In this document: one piece after another, positions 10,028 to 20,700 of the stretch
Layout of the letters: each line of letters begins with the position of its first letter
How positions within the stretch are numbered: position 1 is the stretch's first letter
Assembly: GCA_964430885.1 (NCBI GenBank)
Contig: CAYSHM010000014.1
Coordinates: 12,307-76,306, forward strand
Length of the DNA: 64,000 nucleotides
Reading direction: 5' to 3'
Source: an uncultured archaeon
Lineage (GTDB): Archaea > Thermoplasmatota > Penumbrarchaeia > JASLWR01
Made by a program: the position numbers and the translations under genes
The notes under the pieces: generated by a model
Seen by the model: only the letters and a program-made list of their open reading frames with translations
What the model was told of the DNA's origin: nothing
Databases searched by the model: none

Positions 10028-11221
10028 TCAGAGAAAATGTTCCGATATCTCCTTGACAATATCCGGATATTTCTCACTTATGGCCTGTATAAGCTCGAAA
10101 GTACCGACTTCCTCCATTTTGGTATGACCTAAAGTATGGATGATATTGTCAAGGACCCTGTCGCTCTGTTTTAAAAACAATTCTTTTGCAAGGTAATTAC
10201 GGCACATTTTTTCCTCTAATCGCCCCCTCCAAGCTTCATCATATTCTATTAGAAACTCCTTGGAGGTATCACCTTTTTCTATAGCATTAGCTGCAGTCAT
10301 CCCTGCATATCTCGCAGCGATGCAACCATTGGCAACACCGCCTCCAGTTAGAGGATCCACCATCCTTGCGGCGTCCCCAACAACTATTATACCATCCTCT
10401 ACCGTACAGTCCATTGGCAGCGAAACTGAAACCCCGCCTGCAATGGCCTTTAAGTGAGCGGTTCGCCTCAACTTTGGATGATTGGCAATGAATCTATCCA
10501 AATACCTCTTCGGATCACCAGGATTTTCAATACGGTCCAAGAGTAGCCCTAATCCTACGTTTGAAACGCCTTTTCCCTTGGGAAAAATCCAAGCATATCC
10601 CCCAGGAGCTTGATCGCTACCGCAGTAAAACTCGCAGTAATTGTCGTCGATCTCGGTATTTGCCAAAGTATATTCAAAACATGAACATATGTCCGTCTTT
10701 TTCAACCCGCTGGGCAAACCCATCCATCTGGCAACCCTGGATTCGAAGCCGTCTGCTGCTATAACTACTCTAGCATTTAATTTTCGCTTAATTGTGCCAT
10801 TATCGCACACTACCTCTAATGTTCCAGACTCCGCCCTTCTTACGCCCGTCACGCAGACATTTAGTAAAATCTCGGCACCCGCATCAACAGCCATCCTTGC
10901 AAGCATCCTATCGAAAACATCCCGTCTAACCACCAAACCCACCTCATCACTGACATATTGTCCCTCGATTGTCCAAACATGGCCACTAGGAGAAATCAAT
11001 TTGGCCCCCTTTACTTTATTGCTGATCCAATCTGGACTTTCTATTATCTCTATCTCCTCAAAGAAATCAGGGGCCAATCCTTCCCCACATTGAACGGGAT
11101 GTCCGATCACCGAACCTCTTTCAAGTATAATGACCTTAGATCCACCACGGGATGCAAATCTAGCAGCTACGCACCCCACCGGACCTGCACCTACAACTAC
11201 CACATCATAAATCTCATTCAT
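10028..11221 (-). CDS. Digeranylgeranylglycerophospholipid (geranylgeranyl) reductase
   Basis: DVVVVGAGPVG, PVQCGEGL, ADGFES, APGGYAWIFPK, VGDAARMVDPLTGGG; start probably the ATG at 11221, overlapping the ferredoxin end. Confidence 0.92.
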   Translation of the reverse strand: MNEIYDVVVVGAGPVGCVAARFASRGGSKVIILERGSVIGHPVQCGEGLAPDFFEEIEIIESPDWISNKVKGAKLISPSGHVWTIEGQYVSDEVGLVVRRDVFDRMLARMAVDAGAEILLNVCVTGVRRAESGTLEVVCDNGTIKRKLNARVVIAADGFESRVARWMGLPSGLKKTDICSCFEYTLANTEIDDNYCEFYCGSDQAPGGYAWIFPKGKGVSNVGLGLLLDRIENPGDPKRYLDRFIANHPKLRRTAHLKAIAGGVSVSLPMDCTVEDGIIVVGDAARMVDPLTGGGVANGCIAARYAGMTAANAIEKGDTSKEFLIEYDEAWRGRLEEKMCRNYLAKELFLKQSDRVLDNIIHTLGHTKMEEVGTFELIQAISEKYPDIVKEISEHFL

Positions 11222-11408
11222 CAGAACCACCATCCCATTCCAATGCGCCGACTGGACAAACCATTATACACCTAGCGCATTCAATGCCCTTACAGAGTAA
11301 ACAAGACCCTTCATCAAAGAGCAGATCATCCATAAGAGAAATGGCATTGGAGGGACAGGTTCCGACACAAGCTCCGCACCTCATACAAATCCTACAATTC
11401 ACCTTCAT
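11214..11408 (-). CDS. 4Fe-4S dicluster ferredoxin, probable GGR electron donor
   Basis: CMRCGACVGTCP and C..C....C..C...CP motifs; overlaps the GGR start. Confidence 0.88.
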   Translation of the reverse strand: MKVNCRICMRCGACVGTCPSNAISLMDDLLFDEGSCLLCKGIECARCIMVCPVGALEWDGGSDE

Positions 11409-11575
11409 TTAAATACCCAGGATGATGAATGAACTTAATTATATAAATAGTAGATTATCAAACTTACTAAAGCTCAATCGTTCCTTATAGTGTTTTGACA
11501 AATTTAAAACCATATGAATCAAAAAAGGAAATGGCTGCATCCTAATAATGATTTAGGCTTCCCGCAATTGCCCGT

Positions 11576-11648
11576 TTGCACACGGAAGTATTACGGCGCA
11601 GGCTTAAAATTATTGCACCACGGAAATCCTGCAAAAATTATATATAGG
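11576..11648 (+). promoter_or_regulatory. Two imperfect direct repeats TTGCA(C)CACGGAA followed by BRE-TATA (AAAAA-TTATATATA)
   Basis: Repeats at 11576-11587 and 11613-11625; TATA at about 11638-11646, upstream of the RHH gene. Confidence 0.45.
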
Positions 11649-11748
11649 TCAATAGTTCTTATCAATAACAGAGGCAGGGGAATTTAACGTTCTTAATACA
11701 TCCGTAATAAGAATTGCTTCGAAATGAATTCGGGCTCTTCCTAGGGGG

Positions 11749-12090
11749 TTGAAAATGGAAGACAAAGAGAGAATATCGATATCTATACTTCCTTCTCAGT
11801 TAGATAAACTGAATGCTGAGCAGGATAAAGAAGGAGTTTCATCAAGATCAGATTTGGTACGGAAGATATTTGATGAATACTTCAAGATACATCAACCAGA
11901 TGAGGGCAGAGAACTGGTAATGGTCTATTTGCCCATGGGATTGGTATCGGAAATGAGACTTCTTCTCAATAGAAGGGATCAAACTGGAAAGAAGAACCCA
12001 CTGTTCATTGATGAACAGGACATGGTGCTTCATTCTCTAAGACTCCTTTTAAAGGAATACGGATATTACTTGAAAAATGAAACCGGATAA
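11749..12090 (+). CDS. Ribbon-helix-helix (CopG/MetJ-like) DNA-binding protein
   Basis: ERISISILPSQLDKL...SSRSDLVRKIFDEY is a typical RHH; possible second degenerate RHH in the C-terminal half. Confidence 0.75.
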   Translation: MKMEDKERISISILPSQLDKLNAEQDKEGVSSRSDLVRKIFDEYFKIHQPDEGRELVMVYLPMGLVSEMRLLLNRRDQTGKKNPLFIDEQDMVLHSLRLLLKEYGYYLKNETG

Positions 12091-12199
12091 CATAATCAAT
12101 TTGAAGCAGTAAAATATTAAAAAAGGATGATTTGATCACGGACGTCAGATCCAACCGCCTCAGATCTAAAGGCATTACCGCCAGAGGGGGCAATTAATA

Positions 12200-13348
12200 A
12201 TGAAAAAGTGGGTCCGACCAAATTCGAGGTTAGAGAATTTCTACAGCAATTATGATAATTTTATTCCGTCAGACGAGTTTTACAGGATGTACAATCTCGC
12301 AAGAACCGGAATAAAATGCAGGGATTTTGAAAATGGCGCCGAAGTTGCATCACTTACCGTACCCTTATCAACAATTTTCGATCATGGTGGGTTGATGTCT
12401 TTGAGCTCTTCCTCTAGATCATTCAAAAAATGTTTTGTCATAGGTAAAAAGGACCCTCGGATATCAGATATCCCCTGTGAAAGCAATTGGTCAAAGATAA
12501 TGCTTGCCTCCGGACTTGTTGGTTATGATGGAGGAGGTGCATTGGTCGATGGAAAGATAAAATGCATAGGCAATATGATAACCCCCGGAAGAAAATACAT
12601 ACTCAAAGCCCTCAAACAATTGGAATATAGAAGGGGGGCCCATACAAGGCATACCTCCGCAATGGCTTATTCTAAGAGATATAGAAACAATATAGTAATG
12701 ATAACCTCCCACCACGGACGATGCTGTATCCTATTGGACGGTAGGATCATCGGACAAATAATGGGTTTCAACGGACTAGGACGAAAGGCTTTCGTCAAAC
12801 CCTGCAATTCATTACACTTTCCAAAATTCGATGATGAATCTGAAAATAATAACAAGATGAAACTCGACCCCTCCCTAAAAGATCTTATTGAGAGAGCCCA
12901 CGGTATTGAAGACATCTTCGAAATAGCTTTGGGAAAGGTGAATATGGAACAGAATTCCATGATTAGAAGAAGAAGCACCATGGTAAATATTATCCAATCA
13001 AGATATTCATCCAATAATCTGAGAAAATGGATCGGTTTTTTCGGTTCAGAAAAACCAAATATTGATGAGCCAAAGATCCAAAACGCGGGTTTTTACGAAG
13101 GTGCAGTACCATATAGGTCCATGACCAATAATTTCATCAACCATGTTCAGCCTTATATTCAAATGAATATGAGTGAAAAGAAAAAGATGGAAATGGTAAT
13201 TGACCTGAGGGATAAGCAAACCCGGTTGGACCACAAGGAATTCCAAGGTACAAGAACCAAAACCTGTGTAAAAAGACCCACGGCAAAGGAATGTATCCTG
13301 AATGCTTTCAAAAAGAAGAAGAAATACCGGTCTCTTGACGATTACTGA
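12200..13348 (+). CDS. Divergent diadenylate cyclase (DisA_N/DAC) domain protein
   Basis: HGG...YDGGGALVDGKIKCIG...GAHTRHTSAMAYS...IVMITSHHGRCCILLDG follows the DAC motif order (DGA, GxRHxxA, vxSxxG). Confidence 0.65.
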   Translation: MKKWVRPNSRLENFYSNYDNFIPSDEFYRMYNLARTGIKCRDFENGAEVASLTVPLSTIFDHGGLMSLSSSSRSFKKCFVIGKKDPRISDIPCESNWSKIMLASGLVGYDGGGALVDGKIKCIGNMITPGRKYILKALKQLEYRRGAHTRHTSAMAYSKRYRNNIVMITSHHGRCCILLDGRIIGQIMGFNGLGRKAFVKPCNSLHFPKFDDESENNNKMKLDPSLKDLIERAHGIEDIFEIALGKVNMEQNSMIRRRSTMVNIIQSRYSSNNLRKWIGFFGSEKPNIDEPKIQNAGFYEGAVPYRSMTNNFINHVQPYIQMNMSEKKKMEMVIDLRDKQTRLDHKEFQGTRTKTCVKRPTAKECILNAFKKKKKYRSLDDY

Positions 13349-13443
13349 TATTTCGATTTAGGATTTCAATTTTTCCAACACCTATTTTTATTACTCTTGA
13401 CCCCAATACACAATTGGTTAAAATATCACTCAGGGGCAGCGAC

Positions 13444-14733
13444 ATGGATATTAGAGAATTCTTTGATTCATTGAACGGAAAAAAAATAATTGAAGAAGCA
13501 ATAACGGAAAACCATGAACTTGTTAAAGGTATCGTCACCTCCCTTGGTAAACCTGTTCTCATAAAGGATTACAATGGAAAATCCGTCATTTCCAACATAT
13601 ACGGAGACCGGAAATCCCTTTCCGAAAGGTTCAACTTGCACCCCCGGGAACTGCTTGGTTCCATAGCAGATGCCATCAATAACCCCTGTCAACCTCTTCT
13701 AGTTGATGATGCACCTTTCCTATCCAATTGCGTGGAAGATGTGGACCTATATGACCTCCCAATACCCCGCTTCTACAGCTGTACAACTGCACCCTATATT
13801 ACTTCCTCAATATTCGTTTCTCCCGGTGATGAATCAAATCTATCCTATCATCGAATAATGATACTGTCAAAAAACAGGTGCACCGTAAGGCTGTGCAAAA
13901 GAGATCTGCACAGTCTATATGAAAGGGAAATAGAAACACACGGATACCTTCCTGTTGCCATATCAATAGGAGTTCCCCCTGAAGTAGCAATAGCGGCTGC
14001 GATCAGTGTAAACCCGGAAATCGATGAGTACAACATTGCCAGCGCTTTATCGAGAGGACCTGAAGGAAATGAGCCCCAATTGGAACTATACAGACTTGAG
14101 AACGGGTGCAGAGTACCTGTAGCCTCGGAGTACGTGCTATGCGGCAGATTATTGAATGAAAGGGATGAAGAGGGTCCCTTTGTGGATATCACCGGAACCC
14201 TGGATGGAATCAGGCAGCAACCAGTTTTGATTATTGATAAGATATTTCACAGGGATTCGCCAATATTTCATGCCATTATTCCTGCAGGGCTTGAGCATTA
14301 TCTGCTGATGGGTATGCCTAGAGAAGCTAGAATATTCGAGGTTCTGAGGAACAATAATATCGATGTTAAAGATATCCGTCTGAGCCCTGGTGGGAGTTCC
14401 TGGCTCCATGGGATAGTATGCATCAGCAAAAAAAATGATAATGATGGATTAATCGCAGGAGAACTAGCACTCAAGGCACACTCCTCAATGAAACATGTCT
14501 ATGTGGTCGATGAGGACATTGATATTTTCAACTCGGAAAAAGTGGAGTGGGCAATGGCTACCAGGTTCCAGGGAAATCGGGATATGATTGTTAATGAGAA
14601 TGAACCAGGTTCATCTTTGGACCCCTCCAACTACCATGGGAATGTGACCACAAAAATTGTATTTGATGCCACAATGCCACTCATCGGAAGAGAAAAATAT
14701 AGAGATGTAAAAACCGAATGTTCAAATGGATGA
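13444..14733 (+). CDS. UbiD-family prFMN decarboxylase, likely anhydromevalonate phosphate decarboxylase
   Basis: NLSYHRI, EEGPFVDITGT, EHYLLMGMPRE, GGSSWLHG, KHVYVVDEDIDIF, WAMATRFQ, GSSLDPS; start taken at ATG 13444. Confidence 0.85.
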   Translation: MDIREFFDSLNGKKIIEEAITENHELVKGIVTSLGKPVLIKDYNGKSVISNIYGDRKSLSERFNLHPRELLGSIADAINNPCQPLLVDDAPFLSNCVEDVDLYDLPIPRFYSCTTAPYITSSIFVSPGDESNLSYHRIMILSKNRCTVRLCKRDLHSLYEREIETHGYLPVAISIGVPPEVAIAAAISVNPEIDEYNIASALSRGPEGNEPQLELYRLENGCRVPVASEYVLCGRLLNERDEEGPFVDITGTLDGIRQQPVLIIDKIFHRDSPIFHAIIPAGLEHYLLMGMPREARIFEVLRNNNIDVKDIRLSPGGSSWLHGIVCISKKNDNDGLIAGELALKAHSSMKHVYVVDEDIDIFNSEKVEWAMATRFQGNRDMIVNENEPGSSLDPSNYHGNVTTKIVFDATMPLIGREKYRDVKTECSNG

Positions 14734-14794
14734 TCGGTTTCCTGTTTGCCCAGTGACAATGTGTTTGAAATAATGGATAATCTTCAGAACTTAA

Positions 14795-15235
14795 TCAGCC
14801 CTCTAGAAATTCTTTGAACTTGTGCAGTATCTCCTCTCTGAAGGTGTGCTCTTCCTGAATATACTTTACCTCTTCAAGGTCAATATTTAGCTCAATAATC
14901 TCACCGATCTTTGCAATATTCTCAATAGGTATAGAATATAGTTTATCCTCTGCTTTTACCAGAAAGAAATCAATAACACATTCCGCCTCCATAACATCAT
15001 AAACTTCTCCGATATCCACCCCTTCCTTATCGAGAACCATCACATCCTTCAGAAGTGTATGAATGCTGGCATCCAGTGTTGCTTTACCGTCAACCACTAC
15101 AACCAATGAAACATCCAACAAAAATGAACCGAACAATCCTTCGGACATCTCAAAAAAACCATCTTTCAAACCTACTATCTCACCTATCTCCACACCGCTC
15201 GGGTCCAGAACATAATTGCCTATCATTTCCTGCAT
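14795..15235 (-). CDS. Tandem PRC-barrel domain protein
   Basis: Two repeats: IGNYVLDPSGVEIGEIVG and KDVMVLDKEGVDIGEVYDV, followed by IPIENIAKIGEIIEL. Confidence 0.7.
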   Translation of the reverse strand: MQEMIGNYVLDPSGVEIGEIVGLKDGFFEMSEGLFGSFLLDVSLVVVVDGKATLDASIHTLLKDVMVLDKEGVDIGEVYDVMEAECVIDFFLVKAEDKLYSIPIENIAKIGEIIELNIDLEEVKYIQEEHTFREEILHKFKEFLEG

Positions 15236-15600
15236 GATCTATTCACCTTATCAAGTAATCTATTCAAAATGCTGAATATGATATTAATCCATATATTTCA
15301 TGGAACAAGATGTCATCTTAATTATTTATTCCCTTCGTGTATAATGTATAAAATATTTTCATATACATATCAGCCCTAAATAATATGGCTTTAAAAAACG
15401 GTAATTTCAGGAAGCGTCTGATAAATTCATAATATCTCCTTTCAATACAATAATCTCCAAAACCTTTTAAGTGATATTTACCTTATGTTAAGGATGAATC
15501 TTTAGCAATAAGCATTCAATCAAATATTTTAAAAACCATGTAAATGTGACCCCTGATTCGGATTGAAATTTTATCAATTCATATCCGAATATAGAGATCG

Positions 15601-17565
15601 GTGAATGATATGGAAAACGAAACCGAACTGGACCAGTGGTTGTCCAAGAAGAAATTCAAGACTACCAAGGACCTGAAAACCCCTAAGCGATTGATGGACC
15701 AAGTCATAGGACAGGACGAGGCAGTGACTGTCGCAAAAAAAGCGGCGCTCCAGCGCAGACATATGGTACTTTTAGGGCCCCCCGGAACAGGTAAATCAAT
15801 GATAGCGAATGCCATGGTCGAACTGCTCCCTCAAGATGAACTTGAGGATTTCATAGTATATCCAAATGAGGAAGATCCCAATAAACCCAAGATCAGGGTA
15901 GTTCCGTCAGGAAAGGGAAAGATCATTGTTGATATGCAGAAGGCGGAGGCCAGGGAAAGAAAGAAGCAGAAGAACAAAGCAAAAATGATGATCATCTTCG
16001 GAGTTGTGGCAATAGCCCTCATGGCATTCCTTTTCTACAGGGAACCCATGATACTCTTCTTCGGACTGATTGCAGCTGCAATGATATACATGGCCATGAG
16101 AGGTGTTGGCCCCCAAAGAGATGAAGATGACACGGTGCCAAAACTTCTGTTATCACAGAAAAACAAGGTTTCGGATAGATTCGTTGATGCAACTGGTGCC
16201 CATGCAGGAGCTTTATTGGGAGATGTGAAGCATGACCCATTCCAATCTGGCGGTCTGGAAACACCTGCCCATGAGAGGGTGGAGATCGGAGCCATACATC
16301 AGGCACATAGGGGTGTTCTTTTCATTGATGAACTCAATCTCCTGAAAATGGAATCCCAACACAGCCTTCTAACAGCCCTCCAGGAAAAACAATTCTCAAT
16401 CACCGGTCAAAGCGAAAGAAGCTCCGGTGCCATGGTTAAAACCGAAAAGGTTCCGTGTGATTTTATATTCATTGGTGCAGGCAATCTGGACTCCATTCGA
16501 TCGGTTCATCCGGCCCTACGTTCCAGAATCAGGGGATACGGATACGAGGTATATATCAATTCCACCATGAAGGACACCAACGAGAACCGAAATAAGATCA
16601 TTCGATTCATAACTCAAGAAGTTAAAAAGGATAGGAATATTCCTCATTTCACCAAAGAAGCGGTTGGTGAAATATTGCTTGAAGCACAGAGAAGGTCCGG
16701 AAGACGCGGAAGGTTGACCCTCCGTTTGCGGGAACTGGGTGGGCTGGTAAGGGTTGCAGGTGATATTGCCATAGAGGAGAAGGCCAAATATGTTAATCTG
16801 GACCATGTGCTGAAGGCAAAAATGATCGCCCGGCCTCTTGAGCAGCAGGTAGCAGATAAGGTTATAGAGCATAAGAAAGACTATGATACATTCTCCGTCA
16901 TAGGCAGCAGGATCGGATGCGTCAATGGTCTGGGCGTGATTGGAGCTGAGGATATGGGCATCACCGATTATTCCGGTGTGATAACCAATATTGCTGCAGA
17001 GATCACCCCGGCAGCTTCAAGAAATGAGGGACGGGTGATCGCTACTGGAAAACTAGGCGAGATAGCAAAGGAAGCGGTTAAGAATATTTCCGCATTGATC
17101 AAGAAGCACACAGGGAAGGACATATCCGATATCGATGTCCACATCCAGTTCATTGGAACATATGAAGGAGTCGAGGGCGATTCAGCATCAATATCAATCG
17201 CCACTGCAGTTGTTTCGGCCCTGGAAAATGTTCCGGTGGATCAATCAGTGGCCATGACCGGTTCCCTGAGTGTTAGAGGCGATGTTCTGCCTGTGGGTGG
17301 AGTTACTCCCAAGATAGAAGCGGCCATCAAAGCCGGTATAAAGAAAGTACTGATCCCCAGAGCAAATTCACAGGATGTGCTTATCGAAAAACGATATAGG
17401 GAAAAGGCCACCATAATCCCGGTTTCCACCTTGGAAGAAGTACTGGAAAATGCTTTTGTTAGAGAGAAAAAGGGTTTGATCGATAAAGTGTCTGAAGTCG
17501 TGACAAAAACGGTGCCCTCAAAAATGATAAGCGGTCCAGTAGCCGGAGAACAATCTCCGGCATGA
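15601..17565 (+). CDS. lonB: Archaeal membrane-bound ATP-dependent protease LonB
   Basis: DQVIGQ, Walker [11 protein letters not shown] insertion, [13 protein letters not shown], catalytic EGDSAS and [12 protein letters not shown]. Confidence 0.97.
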   Translation: MNDMENETELDQWLSKKKFKTTKDLKTPKRLMDQVIGQDEAVTVAKKAALQRRHMVLLGPPGTGKSMIANAMVELLPQDELEDFIVYPNEEDPNKPKIRVVPSGKGKIIVDMQKAEARERKKQKNKAKMMIIFGVVAIALMAFLFYREPMILFFGLIAAAMIYMAMRGVGPQRDEDDTVPKLLLSQKNKVSDRFVDATGAHAGALLGDVKHDPFQSGGLETPAHERVEIGAIHQAHRGVLFIDELNLLKMESQHSLLTALQEKQFSITGQSERSSGAMVKTEKVPCDFIFIGAGNLDSIRSVHPALRSRIRGYGYEVYINSTMKDTNENRNKIIRFITQEVKKDRNIPHFTKEAVGEILLEAQRRSGRRGRLTLRLRELGGLVRVAGDIAIEEKAKYVNLDHVLKAKMIARPLEQQVADKVIEHKKDYDTFSVIGSRIGCVNGLGVIGAEDMGITDYSGVITNIAAEITPAASRNEGRVIATGKLGEIAKEAVKNISALIKKHTGKDISDIDVHIQFIGTYEGVEGDSASISIATAVVSALENVPVDQSVAMTGSLSVRGDVLPVGGVTPKIEAAIKAGIKKVLIPRANSQDVLIEKRYREKATIIPVSTLEEVLENAFVREKKGLIDKVSEVVTKTVPSKMISGPVAGEQSPA

Positions 17566-17715
17566 ACATTCCAGCTCCATAATCTATTGATGCAATGTTA
17601 TTCCTTTGGAATAAGAGATTTATATAATAAAACTATATATACCTTCACTATTCAATAGGACTTAGTACCAGTTCTTATTTATCACTGAAAAAAAAACATC
17701 TTGGGATGATTAAAT

Positions 17716-20700
17716 ATGTTACGGAAAGTAAAACCCTCCATTTCACTTCTGACTGCACTTCTTCTCTTTTTTCCTACAATGCTTACGGTAATCTCAACTA
17801 CAGAATTTCAAGAAGAATTCGATAAGAATACCGATTCCATGACAATTACCTTCTCGGAACCTGGCGAAGAGATTATAGACATGTCCATATATTCCAATTC
17901 AACTTACGATTATTACACATTCAGTGTACATGGTGCCCAGTACAATGGTCAATTCCCATCGAATATATCTATTGACATCGGCAACGACGGTAGTTGGGAA
18001 TGGAACTATGGAAAGGTTTTAGGGAACCTTCACCAGTTGGATTCTGGGTTAGATAGGTATACCTATGATTTCAGTGATGATATTAAACACCAAAATGATC
18101 AGTCAATTTCTATTCCTTTGGATGCGGACATCAGCTCAGCAAGCCTAACCCTATCCCCAAAGGTAACCACTACAGAAACCATGTTCATTGACATAGGCCA
18201 ATATAGGTCCATGGCCAGCACTGACGAAGAATTGTGGATAACTGCAGAAAACGGAGGTTTGATCAAGAGAGATATCATTTCGGGATACCAGCAAGTGTTC
18301 ACAAATGAAGATGGCCTGAACAATTCTGACATATCCTCAGTTGCTATGGACTCGGATTATGTCTATATTGGGTCCAGAACTAGCGGGGTATCCATTTATG
18401 ACCGGGAGGCCGATGATTTTTCTGAGTACCGATGGAATTCAGAAAATGATCTGGAATCGGATGTTATCCGTCATTTATATTCCAATGATGATAAGGTATT
18501 CATTGTTACTGATCTTGCAGTTCAGGTTTTTGACAAGTATGGTGAATTCGGTTCGTTCACTGAGAAATGGGATACCGGCAATGGACCTGATGATGAATTA
18601 ATAAATCTGAATATAAGGGATATTGAAACTACCGCTACCAAGATATATTTTGGCAGTATTTCAGGTCTTTCAATATATGATAGAAATACTGGTTTATGGG
18701 ACTATCTCAAAGTCCAAAATGGATTGAACTCCAATAACATCACTGATATGGTGAGAGATGGAGACCTGCTCTATATTGCAACTGATAATGGTATTAGCTG
18801 TTATGACTCAATAAATAAAGAAATTCTCTGGAAGAGTAAATCCCAGGAACTTACCGGAAAGATTGTCAAAGGACTTACCATTAATGATCAATCCTTGTTT
18901 GCATTGGTGGTTTCTACTGAATACAGCGGAAAGGATGCCATTTGTTCCTTGAACAAAAGCAATGGTAAAAGAAATGGCAACATTTGGTTCAGCGGAAATT
19001 CCATTTTGGAAGGAGAAATTATCTATGAAATAAATTATCACATGGATCACCTATTCATTACAACTCCAACGGGTTTCTTTGATATGGAATTCCCATTCGA
19101 GACATTGATGAAAATAAGCACAACCAATAATCAACCTCCATCTAATAATATCAGGGATTTCCTATATGATTTCAATGAAGAAATCCTATACGTGTCAACG
19201 GATTCTGGTGTGGGAAGATACGACCCTAATCAAAACAGGTTTTTAAATCCTTGGAATAAAATTGGCGGTCTCCCAAGTGATGACGTATATGAATTGGAAC
19301 TCATTGATGATGTGATTTATATCCAAACCAAGAGTTACGGTGTTGCCAGATGGAACATGGAGGAGAAAATTTGGCTTGAACCACTTGATAGATTCTCGGG
19401 ATTGCTATCATCCAGTATATCATCAATAAAAAGCCATGGTCATATGCTCTACATATCCAGCAATAAGGGGGTTGATGCTTACAATACTTCTTCAAATAGA
19501 ATTCAATCCTCATGGGACGCAAGAAATTATTTCAACACCACTACTAGTGATGGGCTCCAGATAAATGAAATATCCGCTGACAGCCAACGAGTGTTTTTTG
19601 CACTTTCTCCAGTATATTCCAATATTGGAGAAATGGAATCTGACGGTGGTTTATGGATTTATGATAAAAATGAACACGATTGGCAGCATTTCAGTAATTC
19701 AAGCGGAGTCAATATGACAAATTTATCATCCAGCTATCTGAAGAGCATATCCCACAGCGGTAATCATTTATTCTTAGGAACCGATAACGGAATAAATATA
19801 TTCGATGTGGAGACCAGTGAAGTTACTATCATTGATAAATCAACAAACAATGAATTCATGGGTCAAGAGATACGAGACCTATATTATGACGATACGGAGG
19901 AACCAAAGTTATACATCTCTATAGGCCCCATCATTAACAACACTGATATGAGTGAGCTGGGCGGCGGACTGATCGTAATGGACCCCGATACCGGTTCAAT
20001 ACTTGATTACTTCAATATTACTAATACAGATTCTTACATGAATACACTGGACATCCAGTCAATAGAAAGGGTTTCAGATATGCTTTATTTGGGCTCTTAT
20101 GTTAAAGGAATTTTAAGATTGGATTTGACAACTCTTGAATTTCTAGATCCTACACCTACAATAGGGGAAAAACAATATCCCCAGGGAGTGAGGTTGGATC
20201 TTGGGGATGACGGAATTACCGAAACTGAGATAAATGTATTTAAAAAACCTGTTGATATTGATATCACGGATGATCTCAATGAGATTCTCGAATTCAGTTC
20301 AAATATCTACCAGGATAATAGCGGGATCGAAAACGCCCTTATTCCAATCAACATATCCCTTAATCCGATGAGTGCTGGGGCAATAATTCTATCCTACATT
20401 AACATTAAATTCAACCATTATTACTCAATTCCAGACATCTCAGAATCTATCAATTCATACCTAGAGAATATCAATCAAACAAATCTAACCCAAGGTGAAT
20501 CTATTGACCGCGTTCCAATCCGAGTCAAATCAGACACTAGCGGTAAATTGGTATTATCCCAGCCAACCATTATCTTTAAATTCTCCAATCCGCCCTTGAT
20601 AAATATTATATCGCCCTTACCCAAGGACCTAGGGACATATTACTGGGATACAGTACCTATCACATTTGACGCATCAGGCACATATGATCCGGATGGAGAT

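Noticed and set aside
1-11400. Apparently higher GC in the first 11 kb as a genomic island
   Set aside because: The region holds core genes (kae1, por, GGR) and no integrase, tRNA or flanking repeats; the GC difference was only judged by eye and may reflect expression-linked codon bias.
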